A DNA stretch of 64,000 bases from Magallana gigas. Lineage: Eukaryota. The stretch covers positions 2,480,001-2,544,000 of the forward strand of contig NC_088861.1 of assembly GCF_963853765.1 (NCBI RefSeq), given 5' to 3'. Positions 1 through 15,583 of this stretch are shown here, piece by piece. Under the pieces are notes generated by a model. That model searched no databases, was not told where the DNA came from, and saw nothing but the letters and a program-made list of their open reading frames with translations. The position numbers and the translations under genes are program-made. Each line of letters begins with the position of its first letter. The first letter of the stretch is position 1.

Positions 1-408
1 CTGTCATCCCTGAGTTCACCGAGGGACAAGCCAACATCTGGGGGCTTCATTTTTCAATTTGTCAGGGGGACGGATTACTGTGATATACATGTTTTTTCCC
101 CTCTAAGCTCCTAGCCTGACAAACAGAGGTAATTCCCCAGCTTGTCCAGGTCTGTGTATGCTTACTGTGCAAACAGATTTAGTCTACAGATGTTCCAAAG
201 CTCCTCCTGTACAAATCTATCATTGTCGTTCCCTGCCAGCTTACTCTTTCTTTCTCTCTTTCTCTCTCTCTCTCTCAATTCTCAAATTCCATCATTCTAT
301 TATTCTATTATCATAAAACAGTATGTAGTGAAGAATCTAGCCACATATGTACATCACCTTAAATATTGACCAATTATAGTAAAATTAGAAATTTAATTGT
401 CATTGTTT

Positions 409-411
<3 letters not shown>

Positions 412-467
<56 letters not shown>
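412..467. repeat. (CT)n microsatellite
   Basis: Pure CT run; a shorter imperfect CT tract lies at ~245-276. Confidence 0.95.
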
Positions 468-469
<2 letters not shown>

Positions 470-3400
470 GGTCATAAATCAAAGATTATATGCCTAAACA
501 ACATCGAAATCCATAGTTATTATGTCATGCTATCTGACAGCGGGCCCTCTCTGTCAATATCTGATTGTTTACGAGCAGGAAAAATCAAAATTTGATGGTT
601 ATGGTTTTGATGTGTTTGCAACAGAATGAGAACTGCTCCAGTTGATCAATAGAGACACAAGTATAAGCTGATCCTTAAAAAAATTACGGGAGAGATTCTT
701 ATCTTAGATTGTCAAAGTTTTATGAATTAATTTGATCATGACACACAGTTAAACTATTAAACTAAAGAAATTCAAACTAATGAAGTATAATTTTTGTTTA
801 CTTGTACATGTAATGATTCAGAAGAAAAGTCTTAGACTACATGGTGTGTAATCAGTAGAATGGTGAGAATGATTGTACCGATAATTTTATTCAGTTATTT
901 ACATGCAACAAGAAATACCGTACATATATATTCAAATTTTTCGTAAAATGGAAAAGACGTGACACGAAATTTTTGTACATGCACAGCTGTCTTTATTACA
1001 AATTTTCCCTGAGACTAAGTAAAACCAGTTTTTTGGGTTTATTTTTTTTCGCAGTAAGCAAGTGGATCAGGACTACTGTCGTAGGGCAGCCATTAATTTC
1101 CTATGACAGACCAATGCACTGCTCCCAGGGATTTTAGAACATATAATTAATGTGTTTGTGCATGCTTGTCACTGTTTTTTTTCTTTTTTATATTAGAAAG
1201 TAAAGATTTTTTTTCCACAATTAGCATTAAATTTTGGAATCTCCCATGATTCTAAGTGTAAAGAAAGACAACCCTGTCTTGGACTGTTCATGGTGACACC
1301 AGTATTTGGCATTGAATTATTTATGTTGGATAAGCAAGCTTTTGATTAGAATCAGGCGATATTAAATTTTCAGTGAAATGAGATGGAAGGGGTATAAATA
1401 TTTCATTCCTGTCGTCACCTTTTTTAATTAGAGAGGATTTCATAGAGAAGCTTCCTAAGAGATCGGGATGATGGTGAAACATTCGGCTCGTAATCAGTTA
1501 ATTTCCAGTGATTTATTAGACATATTTCTCATAACCGAAACTCCACGATATTTTCCTTTTTATGTAAAAATTAATAAAACTGTAGATATTAATAGTAATC
1601 AGCATCGCCTGTAAAGAACTGCAAATTACTCCTTGTTTCTTTGAAAATATAACCCTCACCCTTCTTCTTCACTTAGCTCCTTTCATCAGGTAAAACTGTT
1701 GATATTTAAAAGAAGCTGAATTGTTTTCACTTTTGAATTTTTGTACAATGTCATTTTCTCAAGCATAAGTTGTTGGGCATTTCATAGTTTTATATCAGAG
1801 ATTTTTATGATAATTTGGACAATTAATATGTTTAAAAAAAATTGCCTCCTGTATAAAATGGCATTAAATAACAATTAATTACATTTTGACTGTGTTTGTA
1901 TTTTAATGTGTAATATGCATCTTTCTCGATTTAAATTTAGCTCCAGCTCATTATAAATATTAATATATTTAACAACCTTTCTGAAAGAGCATATGTCATG
2001 CCATGTTGACAATAATAGGGCCCTTGTGAAGTGTACTTTTCAAGAAAAGAAAATTGCATCAAAACCATTAAGAAAGAAGTATTGTTCCCTTGAAGTCTGG
2101 AAAGTACATGTATCTGACAATTCAGATAGAGGATTTTTCCATCAAAATGTTGTCTGACTAATACTGAAAGAGAACAAGGTGAAATTTTCTTTTTGGAAAA
2201 TTTTTCCAGCATTCATCAAGAAAGTTTTTCTTAAGAGGGATGGATGGTCTTGGTCATTTTTAGGCTATATTTATCTTCTTAAAATGAAGAGTTCCACATA
2301 CAGATAAAGAAAAATGTCTAAATTTTTAATTGAAGATATTTTATATTTTCTCTCTTTTAACAGTGGCCAAAAATATCATTTTGAAAATTTTTAAGGGATA
2401 TTTGATGGGTACCAGTAGTAAGTTAGCCACCAAGCCTCCTTAGCCTTATAGATGATATGGCCATGTAGCACCCACCTTAAACCCCCACTTTTTCAGATAT
2501 ATTGCTTGAATTAGCATGGAAGTCTGCAAAAGTTTGATCACCAGTGCATGGTCATATTAGAGGATGTATGGGATTGTTTTGACCAAGAGTAATAATGTTG
2601 GCTGGTCTGCCATTATCATGATTAGACTGCTAAGCAGACGGATTCAGCACCCCATTAGTCGTTCAGACCCTGACAGTGAAAACTACCTCTTCATTATGTG
2701 TCACCATTGTTTATTCGGGTCTCAGAGGGCAAATTCATCTTTGCCACCTATTTATATCCTGGGTGTACAATTATCTTGCCCTTATATTCCTAGAGTCGCA
2801 GTGACATTGTATAGACTGAAATAATCGTGTAAATAATATGATATATTGTACTTATTCCACTCGTCAGAATTTGTCTGAGGGATCTAGCTACATGGCCCAT
2901 CAGTAGCCATTGGAGACAGTCCTGTACCTTTGATGTTTTGTGAAAAAGGGGGTGGTTATAACTTTTTTCCATAGTAGAAGCAGACACTATCTTTTTAAAT
3001 AATAAATCCGTGAATATTCTGGTATTTATTATAAAAGAATGCGCAGTAAAGTTATTTCACCTTGTAATAGAAAGATATGTTTACTTTAAACCACTTAAGT
3101 TTACTTTTATGTACTTAGACTAACACCTGTATTGTTCAGTTAGTGCAGAAACTGACAAATATAGATTCTTCATGCATAAAACATAGAAAGGACAAAAATA
3201 TTTCATCATATTCCAAGTTTATATGGTGCGGCCTTGGTTTATCTTGTTTACAAATTCCATATTTTAGTGAGAACTGTTATATTTTTTCTTGGAAAAAATG
3301 AGATGCTGATTTATAGGTATACTGTTGTTTTACAATTTTGAAATTTATAACAAACATAAGCATAGTTTACCAACTTATTATAAGTTGAAAAGTGTAATTT

Positions 3401-3689
3401 GGACTGTAAAACATTTTCCAAGCATTTTAGCTAATTAGATTTGCCAACTGCTGCAGTGGTAACATGTTTTTCTATTGAAATTGAAGACAGTATAATGTGT
3501 TGTTCTTTAGAATCTTAGTATTGTCAATCTATACTTTGAAACAATTATTTAAACATGCTCCTATTAAAAACTAGATGTATTCAATTCTTGTGCATTGTTT
3601 TCAAATGCCAATAGTTTTATTTTGCAGTAAACTACCTGGTCATATATAAAGGTATTCAGATCTTAAGATAAAAGCATCTTTAACCAAGG

Positions 3690-4240
3690 CCATTTATATA
3701 AACAAGATATCCATATATAAAGATATCAACCGAAACATAAGATATTAACAGTTATAACAATATCAGCAGACATAACCAATGTTATCATTAACAGAAGATG
3801 CATGTATCAACAGTAACCAATGATATCTGTTGCAAAATATATCAACAGGTACATGTACTTATGATATTTATGGCAAAAGAAATCAACAACAGTAACATAA
3901 GATATTTGTTGTAAAATATACCAACAGGTACATGTACCAATGGTATTTACAGCAAAAACTATCAACAGTAACCTAAGATATATATATTGCAAAATATGTC
4001 AATGGTAACCTAAGATATCCACAACCAACAATATCAACAGTAACCAATGCTATCCATAACATATTCAACGCTTACCAAAACATCCTTTACAAAAGATATC
4101 AACACTTACCAAAACATCCTTTACAAAAGATATCAACAATTGCCAAAGATATCCATTAAAAATATCAACACTTACCAAAGATATCCTTTACAAAGATATC
4201 AACATTTGCCAAAGATATATCAACACTTACCAACTTAAAG
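3690..4240. repeat. Degenerate GATATC/CAACA-rich minisatellite
   Basis: Repeated AAGATATC and TCAACAGTAAC motifs; near-exact ~34-bp unit GATATCAACACTTACCAAAACATCCTTTACAAAA at ~4094-4240. Confidence 0.8.
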
Positions 4241-7200
4241 AATACATTAGTATGGTACAAGTATCAGGAAGATACTTACATAGATCCATGATCAAAGGTC
4301 ATGATCAACTAGGCGGCTGAATGGTCAGTGAATTATACCATCAGATATACCTTCTTCTTTTTTTATAGATATCAATTGTATGACTGTAAACTTTTATTTA
4401 GGAAAGAAAAGTTACCTTTTAAATTTTGATATTTTCCTATATTTTTATATATGGCTCTTCTTCTAAAGGATATCAAAGCAGTCTAAAAATCATAATGGCC
4501 CCGACCAACCAGCTCTTTTTAGATATCAAACAGTATAAGCTCCAGTAAATTTATCAGAAAGTACTTATATTCAAACAGAAGATAGGAATTTACAATTATC
4601 TGTAAAATTATCAGTAAAATATGAACAGTAGACAATTGGATATCAAACAATAGACAATGAAGATGAGGAACTATAGATATCAGGTGACAGTTGATAGCAA
4701 ACTGCATTTTTATTATTTGAAAGAGTAATGACCATCTTAAAGATAATAATTTGCTGTTCGTTAAATAATTGGAATTGTTGCCTAATATTTGACCTCTCAA
4801 AGCATGAGGGGTTAATTGCAAATCCATATTTGCATGCGATAAATCATTCAATTGTTAAATAGTCACATTTGGTCAACTCTGAATAATACTGGAATCTCAT
4901 CAATAAATGCCATCTATGAATAAGAATCACTATCATTAACAATAGGTAAAAAACATTGTCTGTCTTTTGACGTGACACTGACACACTGAAAAATAGTAGG
5001 AGTATTTATAATCATTTATTCACCCTCGTATGTTAGCTGACTTGATTATCTTGTGTCTTGAACGGAAGTGTACTCAAAATGCTGCGTTTATATATTTTCA
5101 AGTTGTTGCTCCATTTCAGCAAGTATTCAATGAATAAATATCAAAACTTTTGTCAGAAAGTCTTCAGGAGGCTAGTCGATTAGTGGTTGGGCGTCTCAGG
5201 TCTGCAGTTGAAAAAGAACAAGCAGAAGACTCTAGCTGGCATGGATTTTATTAATTAAGCTCTTTAGAGTTCTCCATAAATGTCAAGGCTTTATTAATGA
5301 TGGTGGTCGTCTGACAGCATTAGCTTTTGTTTCACTCATCACGAAAAAAAAAAGGCACAATGTTTGTGCAAGTCTTCAGTCGAACACAGCTGACCAAGGA
5401 AGCCTGACTAGGGGCATTCCTTAAAATTCCTTTTGTTAAGCTGTTTATGAAGAAAGCTTGTGGTATATTTATTCTTTGTCCATCTATCCATTCCTTTAAA
5501 TTTATGAATCTTCCCATTTTGTATTTGTTACTCCCCATGAAATGATTTTTATTGGTACGGCCTTAATTTACTTTTATCCGATACAATTGCTTGTTATGAT
5601 CTTCTTTTGAATATTAAGTCAATTTTGGTTAAGTTAGCTCAAGGTTACATAAGGAGTTGAAATTATTTTTAATTATTCATAATAATTTGCACATTAGAAT
5701 TGAAATGTAATTAAAATTCTTCAAAACGTCAATTTTTCTATATCACAAAGTCATTTCTAGGAAAATGTAATTTGCATTTATTAATCTGAAAATTGCAACT
5801 GTGAATGCTTGAGTTACCCTTAATTTTTTCTTGCCCGTTTGGAAACGTTAGCACTGGGGAGATAGAGGGTGGTTTATAAAGGCCACACTGGAGCTTGTGC
5901 ATTCACTGGAATATATGGTAATTTACCAAGACAGAATCAACTCTGCATAACTCCAGAAGGTTTAAATTTATTTTAATGAATGGCATAAAATTTCTTGCTG
6001 ACTTCTGGTAGTAAATTTGAAAGACATGTTCATTTTTCTTCTCAGAAATTCCATTGTTTTGCAACATGGATCATTGTCCTCAGACACAAACATTTATTTA
6101 AAATTATTTTCAAAAATATTGCCAAGTATTCATAACTACGCAGTTGTGTCATGAAAAATATGTTATTTCATATGCTGGAAGACTGCACCTTATGTAAAGA
6201 TTTATGGAGTGTCTAACTTTTGGGGGGGGGGGGTTCTCATACAACATATATACTGTAGATTCCTAAATATTAAACACATGAAGGAATAAATATCAGTGTA
6301 AAATCATGATGAGTTAAGTCCCCTTGTCAATTTATATTTTCATTACTATTTTTCTGACAGTTGTTAACTTAGTCCATATAAAATAATAAAGTTTGATGCC
6401 TGTAATTTGAGACTAAGAATTAAGAACATGGGTAAAATATGGAATCTATAATAGGTCCAGGAAGGATATTTAGAGATTTTTAGATTAATAGTGATAAACA
6501 TCAGAAATTTTCAAAATAAAGCTTAAAACAATGATATTGTACAATCATCAGCCGAAGATGCAGTTTGATTTTAAAAAGCTCAAGTTTAGGTTTATCTCAA
6601 TTTTCAACAGAACATATGATTGAAGTGGATACAAAGGACACATATTTCATAGATCCTACCATTTCATTGATTTCATTAGTAGCATAATAATTTGGGTCTT
6701 TTTGAAGTGAAGATTACTTGCTTGCAAAGGCATTTTGGCAGATAAATTATTGTGATTGACTGTAACTTTGAAGTATAGAGACAAAAAAGGAAGGAAAAAA
6801 CTATGAATAGTGATTGTGCCAGAGACTCAGAAATGTTGAAAGTCAGATTCCAGTATATTGTTGAAACCGATGATTGGAGTTTTTGAAGATATTAATCAAG
6901 TAGAAAGAAGTGAGGAAAAAAAATTGTCAGAAAATCAAGAAAAGATAGGGAAACTCGAGAGATTTAATAAATCAAAAAGATAACGTCGGTATCAATTCAT
7001 CGAGAGATCCATCAGTGTAGATCTGCGGATAATCACATCTGAGGGTGTGAACGGAGAAGGGACAAGTTTATCGGGGAGATTGAGAAGGGTAGATTAATCA
7101 AGAACACAAAGCCAAAAGCCAGAGACAACAAAGCCATGATTTCCTCCAGAATTCAATCCTTGTCAAATCCTGATGGATAACTGGGGATAGAGGTTTTGGG

Positions 7201-7390
7201 GGTCAGAGTAAAACTGGGGATAGAGGGTTTGGGGTCAGAGTTTTTGGGCCAAAGGTCTAATGATGTGAGTGGGGACATGCTAGTCTTAAGAGTTTAAGTA
7301 AGGTTTAAAGGAATTGTTGTTTGAACCAAATGTCCATTTTGTTTTGACTGTTTCATGGGGGGGGGGGGGGGAGGAGTGGATGCTGGTAAA

Positions 7391-7703
7391 GTAAAATGGG
7401 CAATGCATATTTATTACTTTAAGGTCATGTAATTTAAGTACCGGTACTTCTACAATGTATCAAATGTTGATCTAGAATTATGGAAAGGGCTAAGAGTTAT
7501 AGTTTCAAATTGTTTTAAGTTTATTAGGGATATTGAAAGTACTCAAAGTGTAAAATGGGCAATGCATATTTATTACTTTAAGGTCATGTAATTTAAGTAC
7601 CGGTACTTCTATCAAATGTTGATCTAGAATTATGGAAAGGGCTAAGAGTTATAGTTTTAAAATTGTTTTAAGTTTATTAGGGATATTGAAAGTACTTAAA
7701 GTG
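7391..7703. repeat. Tandem duplication, ~159-bp unit
   Basis: GTAAAATGGGCAATGCATATTTATTACTTTAAGG starts at 7391 and again at 7550; the copies are near-identical apart from short indels. Confidence 0.9.
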
Positions 7704-8087
7704 TTTTAATGAAGGAATTGACACTAGGAAGAAAGGGTGGTAAAAAATGTTCATAAATAACGTAATATAGCTGTTTACATTTCCTTGTGGATCAATTCAA
7801 CTATATAAATCGGTCACACTGCATAGGGAAAATTTGAATTATACTTATTCAAAATCATCTGTTTTTTAGAATATATTTTCCAATGAAGAATTAGGGTGTA
7901 TTCGTTTGCTACCTCTAGATTTGGACCTGAATATCTCCAGCAGATCTCCATTGTCTACCTGCTATTAGGAAAGTAGACAATGTAGATTTACAGGAGATTT
8001 CCATACTGAAAATGAGCAAATAAGGATTACTCTTGCAGCTCTCCAATCCACCAAACGAGTACCGGTACACCCTTAGAGTATTTCATA

Positions 8088-8309
8088 TTGTAGATTCCTA
8101 ATTTTACGCGAGAACTTCATTCCTGGATTCCCCCATTTTGAATCAAATTGCAAGAATATAAAATGGCAAACACAGGACTTCTATACCAATTTCTTATAGT
8201 TCTCAACTCTCAGTAAATAAAAGTGAGCGAGATTTTAGATTCTGCAAGGCTTGCTTCTCGCGATTTTATACATAATATGAATTCCTTGCGTTTAATAAGG
8301 AATCTACAG
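8088..8309. mobile_element. TA-flanked MITE (Tc1/mariner-like)
   Basis: TIR (C/T)TGTAGATTCCT...AGGAATCTACAG with TA on both sides; same family as 18571-18777. Confidence 0.7.
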
Positions 8310-9814
8310 TAGTCATTTAATCCAAGATTTATTCTATTTTTGACAAAAATATCTAGATGGTTATTAATGAAACATTTCATAGGGCATGGGTTTGAATTGA
8401 TAGTATTGACACTTAACTTTTGACATCTAAAAACATAAATCATTCATTGCCAAAAAAAGTCAATCTTTCCATTTTATAGCCCAGTAAACCTTGTATAATG
8501 GAATTGATTATGTAGATTTTTGTTTATTTATCTTTATTTCTTTGTCAATTGCACACACAGGTGAATTTAAATGATTCCTAATTGTTTCACACCTGGCTGA
8601 ATTCTATCATCTCTCTGCTTGGGTGAGCCGATCAATATCAGTTTTATTGAGGCAAATTTTTATATGGTCTAAGGGAGACTACTCAATCGAACCATTTCTA
8701 CAGTATTGCTCAAAAGTTTTGTATTCTCATTTTGAAGAAGGATTTTGAACACATTTTTAGTTCAGAGCTGAAATGATGTAACTTTTATTGCCTTAAAAGC
8801 ACCCCATTGTCTCAGCTCTAGTTTCGATAAAATATTCTTAATGAAATAAGGACCTCACCATTTTTAGATGGTTGTGAGATAGAGTCCATTAATTGATATT
8901 ATTCCTGATTTAGAAGAAAGTTTTGTTACTTTCATGGTTGACTCTCAGAAATCATCCGGAGATCTCACTCTCTGTTATTAAAAGACGGCAAACCATAAAG
9001 TAGTAATAGCCCAAAATTCAATACCAGCGTGGCATCCAAACCAAGATTTATTTCGCCATAAAAGAGTTTTTTCTCCTTGCAGTGCATTATTTTATTTCGC
9101 TGGGTTTATGTAACATGCATCAAAATAAAATTATGAGCTGGACAGAGGTTCCAGCGAGATGCAGATGTAATTGTTTTCGTCAGGTCTGAAGTCCTCTAAG
9201 GGTTTTAAATGGAGAATATCTCCGCGATGCAGTGTGAATAATTTCTCCGCTCAAAATAAATTTTGACAGCTACTCCTTATAAAATGAAATTCCTTGAGGA
9301 TTGCACAATGAAACTTTCCCTAAATGACCTAGTTGCAAAAGCAGCTCCTTCACACTTGATGGTGTTGTTTCATAAATGATTAAAATATTTGCATTAGTGC
9401 ATTTTTGGAGGGGGCCATTATTTGAGTATAATGATGGACATGTGATGTAATGGCGGTGTCTTGATGGATCTCGGTCCTCCCAAGTGTGCCATTGAGGGAT
9501 GGAGGATTGTACAATAAACTGGCTCTATACAGATTGTATCAGATGGCTTTGTAATACCAGTATCAGACTTCACAGTCACTCCAGGCCAAGCACATTATCC
9601 TCTAGGAGTGTGAACCCCTGGTCCTTGGTAGGGACTTGGGTTACTAAACTGTCTGCATAACGGCCAGATACTATCTCAGATCAGATATCAAATTCTTGAT
9701 CATTGCTGTAAATCATGTACCATTGTATGAAGCAAGAATGGGAGGAAATCTCGCTTGAATAAAAATCCAGGTTTTGATTTCATTTAATCTTTCTGGTTTT
9801 TTTTTTCTTTTCAG

Positions 9815-12286
<2,472 letters not shown>

Positions 12287-13550
12287 TCGGAGCCACGCCA
12301 ATTCTTCCCAACATCAGCACTGTTCTAGGCTGATGTATTTTTTTATTGCTGTGCATTGTCTCTTATTATTTGAATTTTCTTGTATTGTTTTTATTGTACA
12401 AAAGATGCAATTTTTCTTTTTCAAATTATGATTTAACAGAAATGTAAAACCCAGTTCCTCAATAGAGCATATGATGCATCTTATAGATACATTTTTGAAA
12501 TAATTTTCATTCTCTCACACATAGAAAAACAGTCAAGTTTAAATGTCCTCATTATTGTATGCATGCCTTTTATAAATCCTGGCATGATATCCCATGTTCC
12601 CAAATTCTGACCTGCTGGGAACATCTTTTGTCTTAGATATTCATTCAGAATGCATATTTGTTTGTGTGTAACCTGCAGTCACATGGAGATGTGCCGCTGT
12701 CTGATCAGACAGAGGGTATATCAGTCAGTCCATTTGTAGGACTATAATGAAGTAATTGTTCAGTTTATTTTTACACCTGTAATCTGTATGATCTGTTTGA
12801 GTGGAGTATTTTATCTATCTCAGGATTAATAATTAACGATTGTGTAATAATTGATGAACCAATGATAATGATGCATGAATGATCCGCACGTGGATATTGA
12901 TTTACAGGTGTCTTACCTGTGTCTGTTGAAGAGTACATTTACAACCTAATTAATGAAGACGCTTTGTAATTTAAACTGGATGACACGAGCACAATATGTA
13001 TACGCAGTATTGGCCATAATGCATTAAGAAAGCAAACAACTAATAAAACCAAAAACCAAGATTCCCACCTGTTTTATTTTTCAGTGGTATAGATAGTAGA
13101 AAATTTACTGAATGGAATAGTACATTTTATTTTATTTTTTATATTTGTAGTAAAATTCCAACATCTTTTTTTAAATTAATTCGTTGAAAGAATTGTTATA
13201 TATGCATAGAGGGTAATATGCCACTGTAAATATATACATGTAGAATGCAATATACAGAAGTGCCAAGCAGACTTAATAGAAAGCAGTGCTGTAAAATTTA
13301 GTTTGTGGAGGTCAGAGAGACATGAATTGATTTCATTGGGTTTGTGTTTTATTATTTATCACCATTTTGTTCAGGTACATATGTTTCTATAATGTATTGC
13401 GTCTTGACAAGGATGCATTATGCAAGTCCAAGAAATGGTTTTCTGTGATAAAATTAAATGTATATTTGTGACAGTTCATTTTATATTTTTGAGATTAAAT
13501 GAAAATATAATTTACGCAATTTTTGTCGTTATTTTACCAACAATCATTAA

Positions 13551-13879
13551 GGTGGTTTGGGACATCTGTCGATATTTATGTGGATTGATTAAAAGTATAT
13601 TATAATTAGAATACTTTCACTGGTTTAGAAATTTCAAATATTTACAATTTTTAGCCAAAAAATGGCTTTTAGAAATGATTTGGAGAGGTAAAAATTGTAA
13701 AACCCCCAATGGGATTCGAACTCATGACTTACAGATTCATAGTAAACCCTCTAACTTACTGCGCTATGCTGTTAGGTGACTATGTTGTGAAAGAATCTAC
13801 TTATATAATAAGGCATACACTTCATTTTACTGTTTATTTCAATAAACAATGTCACAACATGGAGATGTCCCAAACCACC
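13551..13879. mobile_element. TTAA-flanked MITE (Kolobok-like) with an internal tRNA-like segment
   Basis: TTAA|GGTGGTTTGGGACATCT...AGATGTCCCAAACCACC|TTAA, a perfect 17-bp TIR. Minus-strand A-box TAGCGCAGTAAG (13766-13755) and B-box GAGTTCGAATCC (13723-13712). Confidence 0.85.
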
Positions 13880-15583
13880 TTAAATTGACAGTTTTCATAT
13901 TCTTGATACTGTAGTACACTGTATATCAATTAAGAAGGCTGAATGGCTCTTGGAGTCATTTTTAGACTTTATTAATCTCCTATAAAGAAGAGCCCTGTAT
14001 AAAGATAAATTCAAGTTTTCACTTCCAATCAGGAATGAAAAAAAATATATATTTATCATACAATTGAAGTACCTTAAATGTTGTAAATAAAGTATCAAGA
14101 ACATTTTTTTTTTAAAACCTCTTTGATATCTAGTGTGAGGTTAGTCATATAAAGTAAAAAAGATTCAAATGGAATTACTTAAAGGATCAAACACTTTTGA
14201 TTTGTTATATACTGAATTTGTTATTTTATTTCAATTACTAGCTCTCAGTTTATAATGCATCATAAAGACTGATTTCATCGTAATCATTAATTTGTTATAT
14301 AAGCATGCATTATCACGGAAATAGTATTTACTTCAGTCTATGTGATCAGTTTTGCCATGTCCATACTATCAGTCATACTATCAACAAAGAACTAGATTTT
14401 ACAAACTCCTTTAATTGCATGTATAAAACTATTATTAATTTAAATCCAATCTTATCAAAATAAGATGGTAGATATGCATGATCATATTCTCACTTTACAA
14501 AGGAAATTGCAAGTAATTTTCATATTTAAAAAAATACATAGATTTGGAATAAACCAAGTCTTATTGTATTTAGCATTGAAGGTGTAAAAATTGACAACAA
14601 AAACCAGTATTTTTCAGAATTGTTTTTTAATTTCTATGTGAAGTATAAGATAATCATATCAAAAAGTGCAATTTTTAAAGTATCTACAAATAATTTTCTA
14701 ATGTGTTTCATTTCATAATGCTTTCTTTAATAAATTCATACAGGAGTGATCAAAACTTACACATACTAAATGGAGACAACTCTGTATTCTATATAACATA
14801 TATATGACTAGTAGGTAGCTGCTAGCACCACCACGAAACAGCAAACAATGAGCAATGTACACTGTGTCAAACCATGAAGCTCAACATATAAAACAAACCC
14901 TGTTATGTCATGAATTAGGAATCATGAGAAATATTTTGATCAAAACAAGAGGTACATGGTTTTTTTTAAAGAGAAACACAACATGTCTAAAATTCACACC
15001 AATAAAAATGGGAAAAAAAGTGGAAAAAAAACCGTTCCTAAAATAGATATACAAATAGACAAGATATCAAAATTGAGATAAAAAGTTTGAAATCCACTAG
15101 AATTTTAGTTTTGTCTGGTGCAAGTTTAAGAACTTTTTACAATAATAAACAATTGAAAGTAATACAAAGATAGGCACTTCAAATTCTTCTAGGTCATTTT
15201 TTAAACAACAAATATGACTGTTTGGTAATTGTAATTATAAATCTGTAAATTTATATTAAGAAAAAAAAGATGAAAAAATGATGCGGTGTTCTAACACTCA
15301 AAAACACCAAATTTTTTACGATTTTTAAAAAAATCTAAGGCATCTAAATATATGCCATATCACAGATATATATATCAGCAGCATGTCACAAGAAAATATT
15401 ACACTTCATGCAGGCATTATAGAAGACAACCCCCTTTCTCTTTGTTTTAATACATCTATCAACCCTCCTTTTAAGATATAATAATTATATATAGCACTTC
15501 TATGGTAAAAATATTAAATGCATGAAAAAATTTGAAAAATATTGTCACAATAAAAATCTACTGTCCTCTATCTTAGATGGACA

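Noticed and set aside
5130-5420. Protein-like frames (LSESLQEASRLVVGRLRSAVEKEQ..; LFRVLHKCQGFINDGG..) and the similar purine-rich stretch at 6840-7140
   Set aside because: Short, broken by stops, no recognisable motif or splice context; at most a decayed element.
1-9814. Missing 5' exons of TMEM135
   Set aside because: I looked by eye for the ERKSRRG and GEVLLF-type exons and found no convincing match; they probably lie upstream of the window.
13703-13776. Possible tRNA gene
   Set aside because: The acceptor stem and cloverleaf are not intact and the segment is internal to a MITE family.
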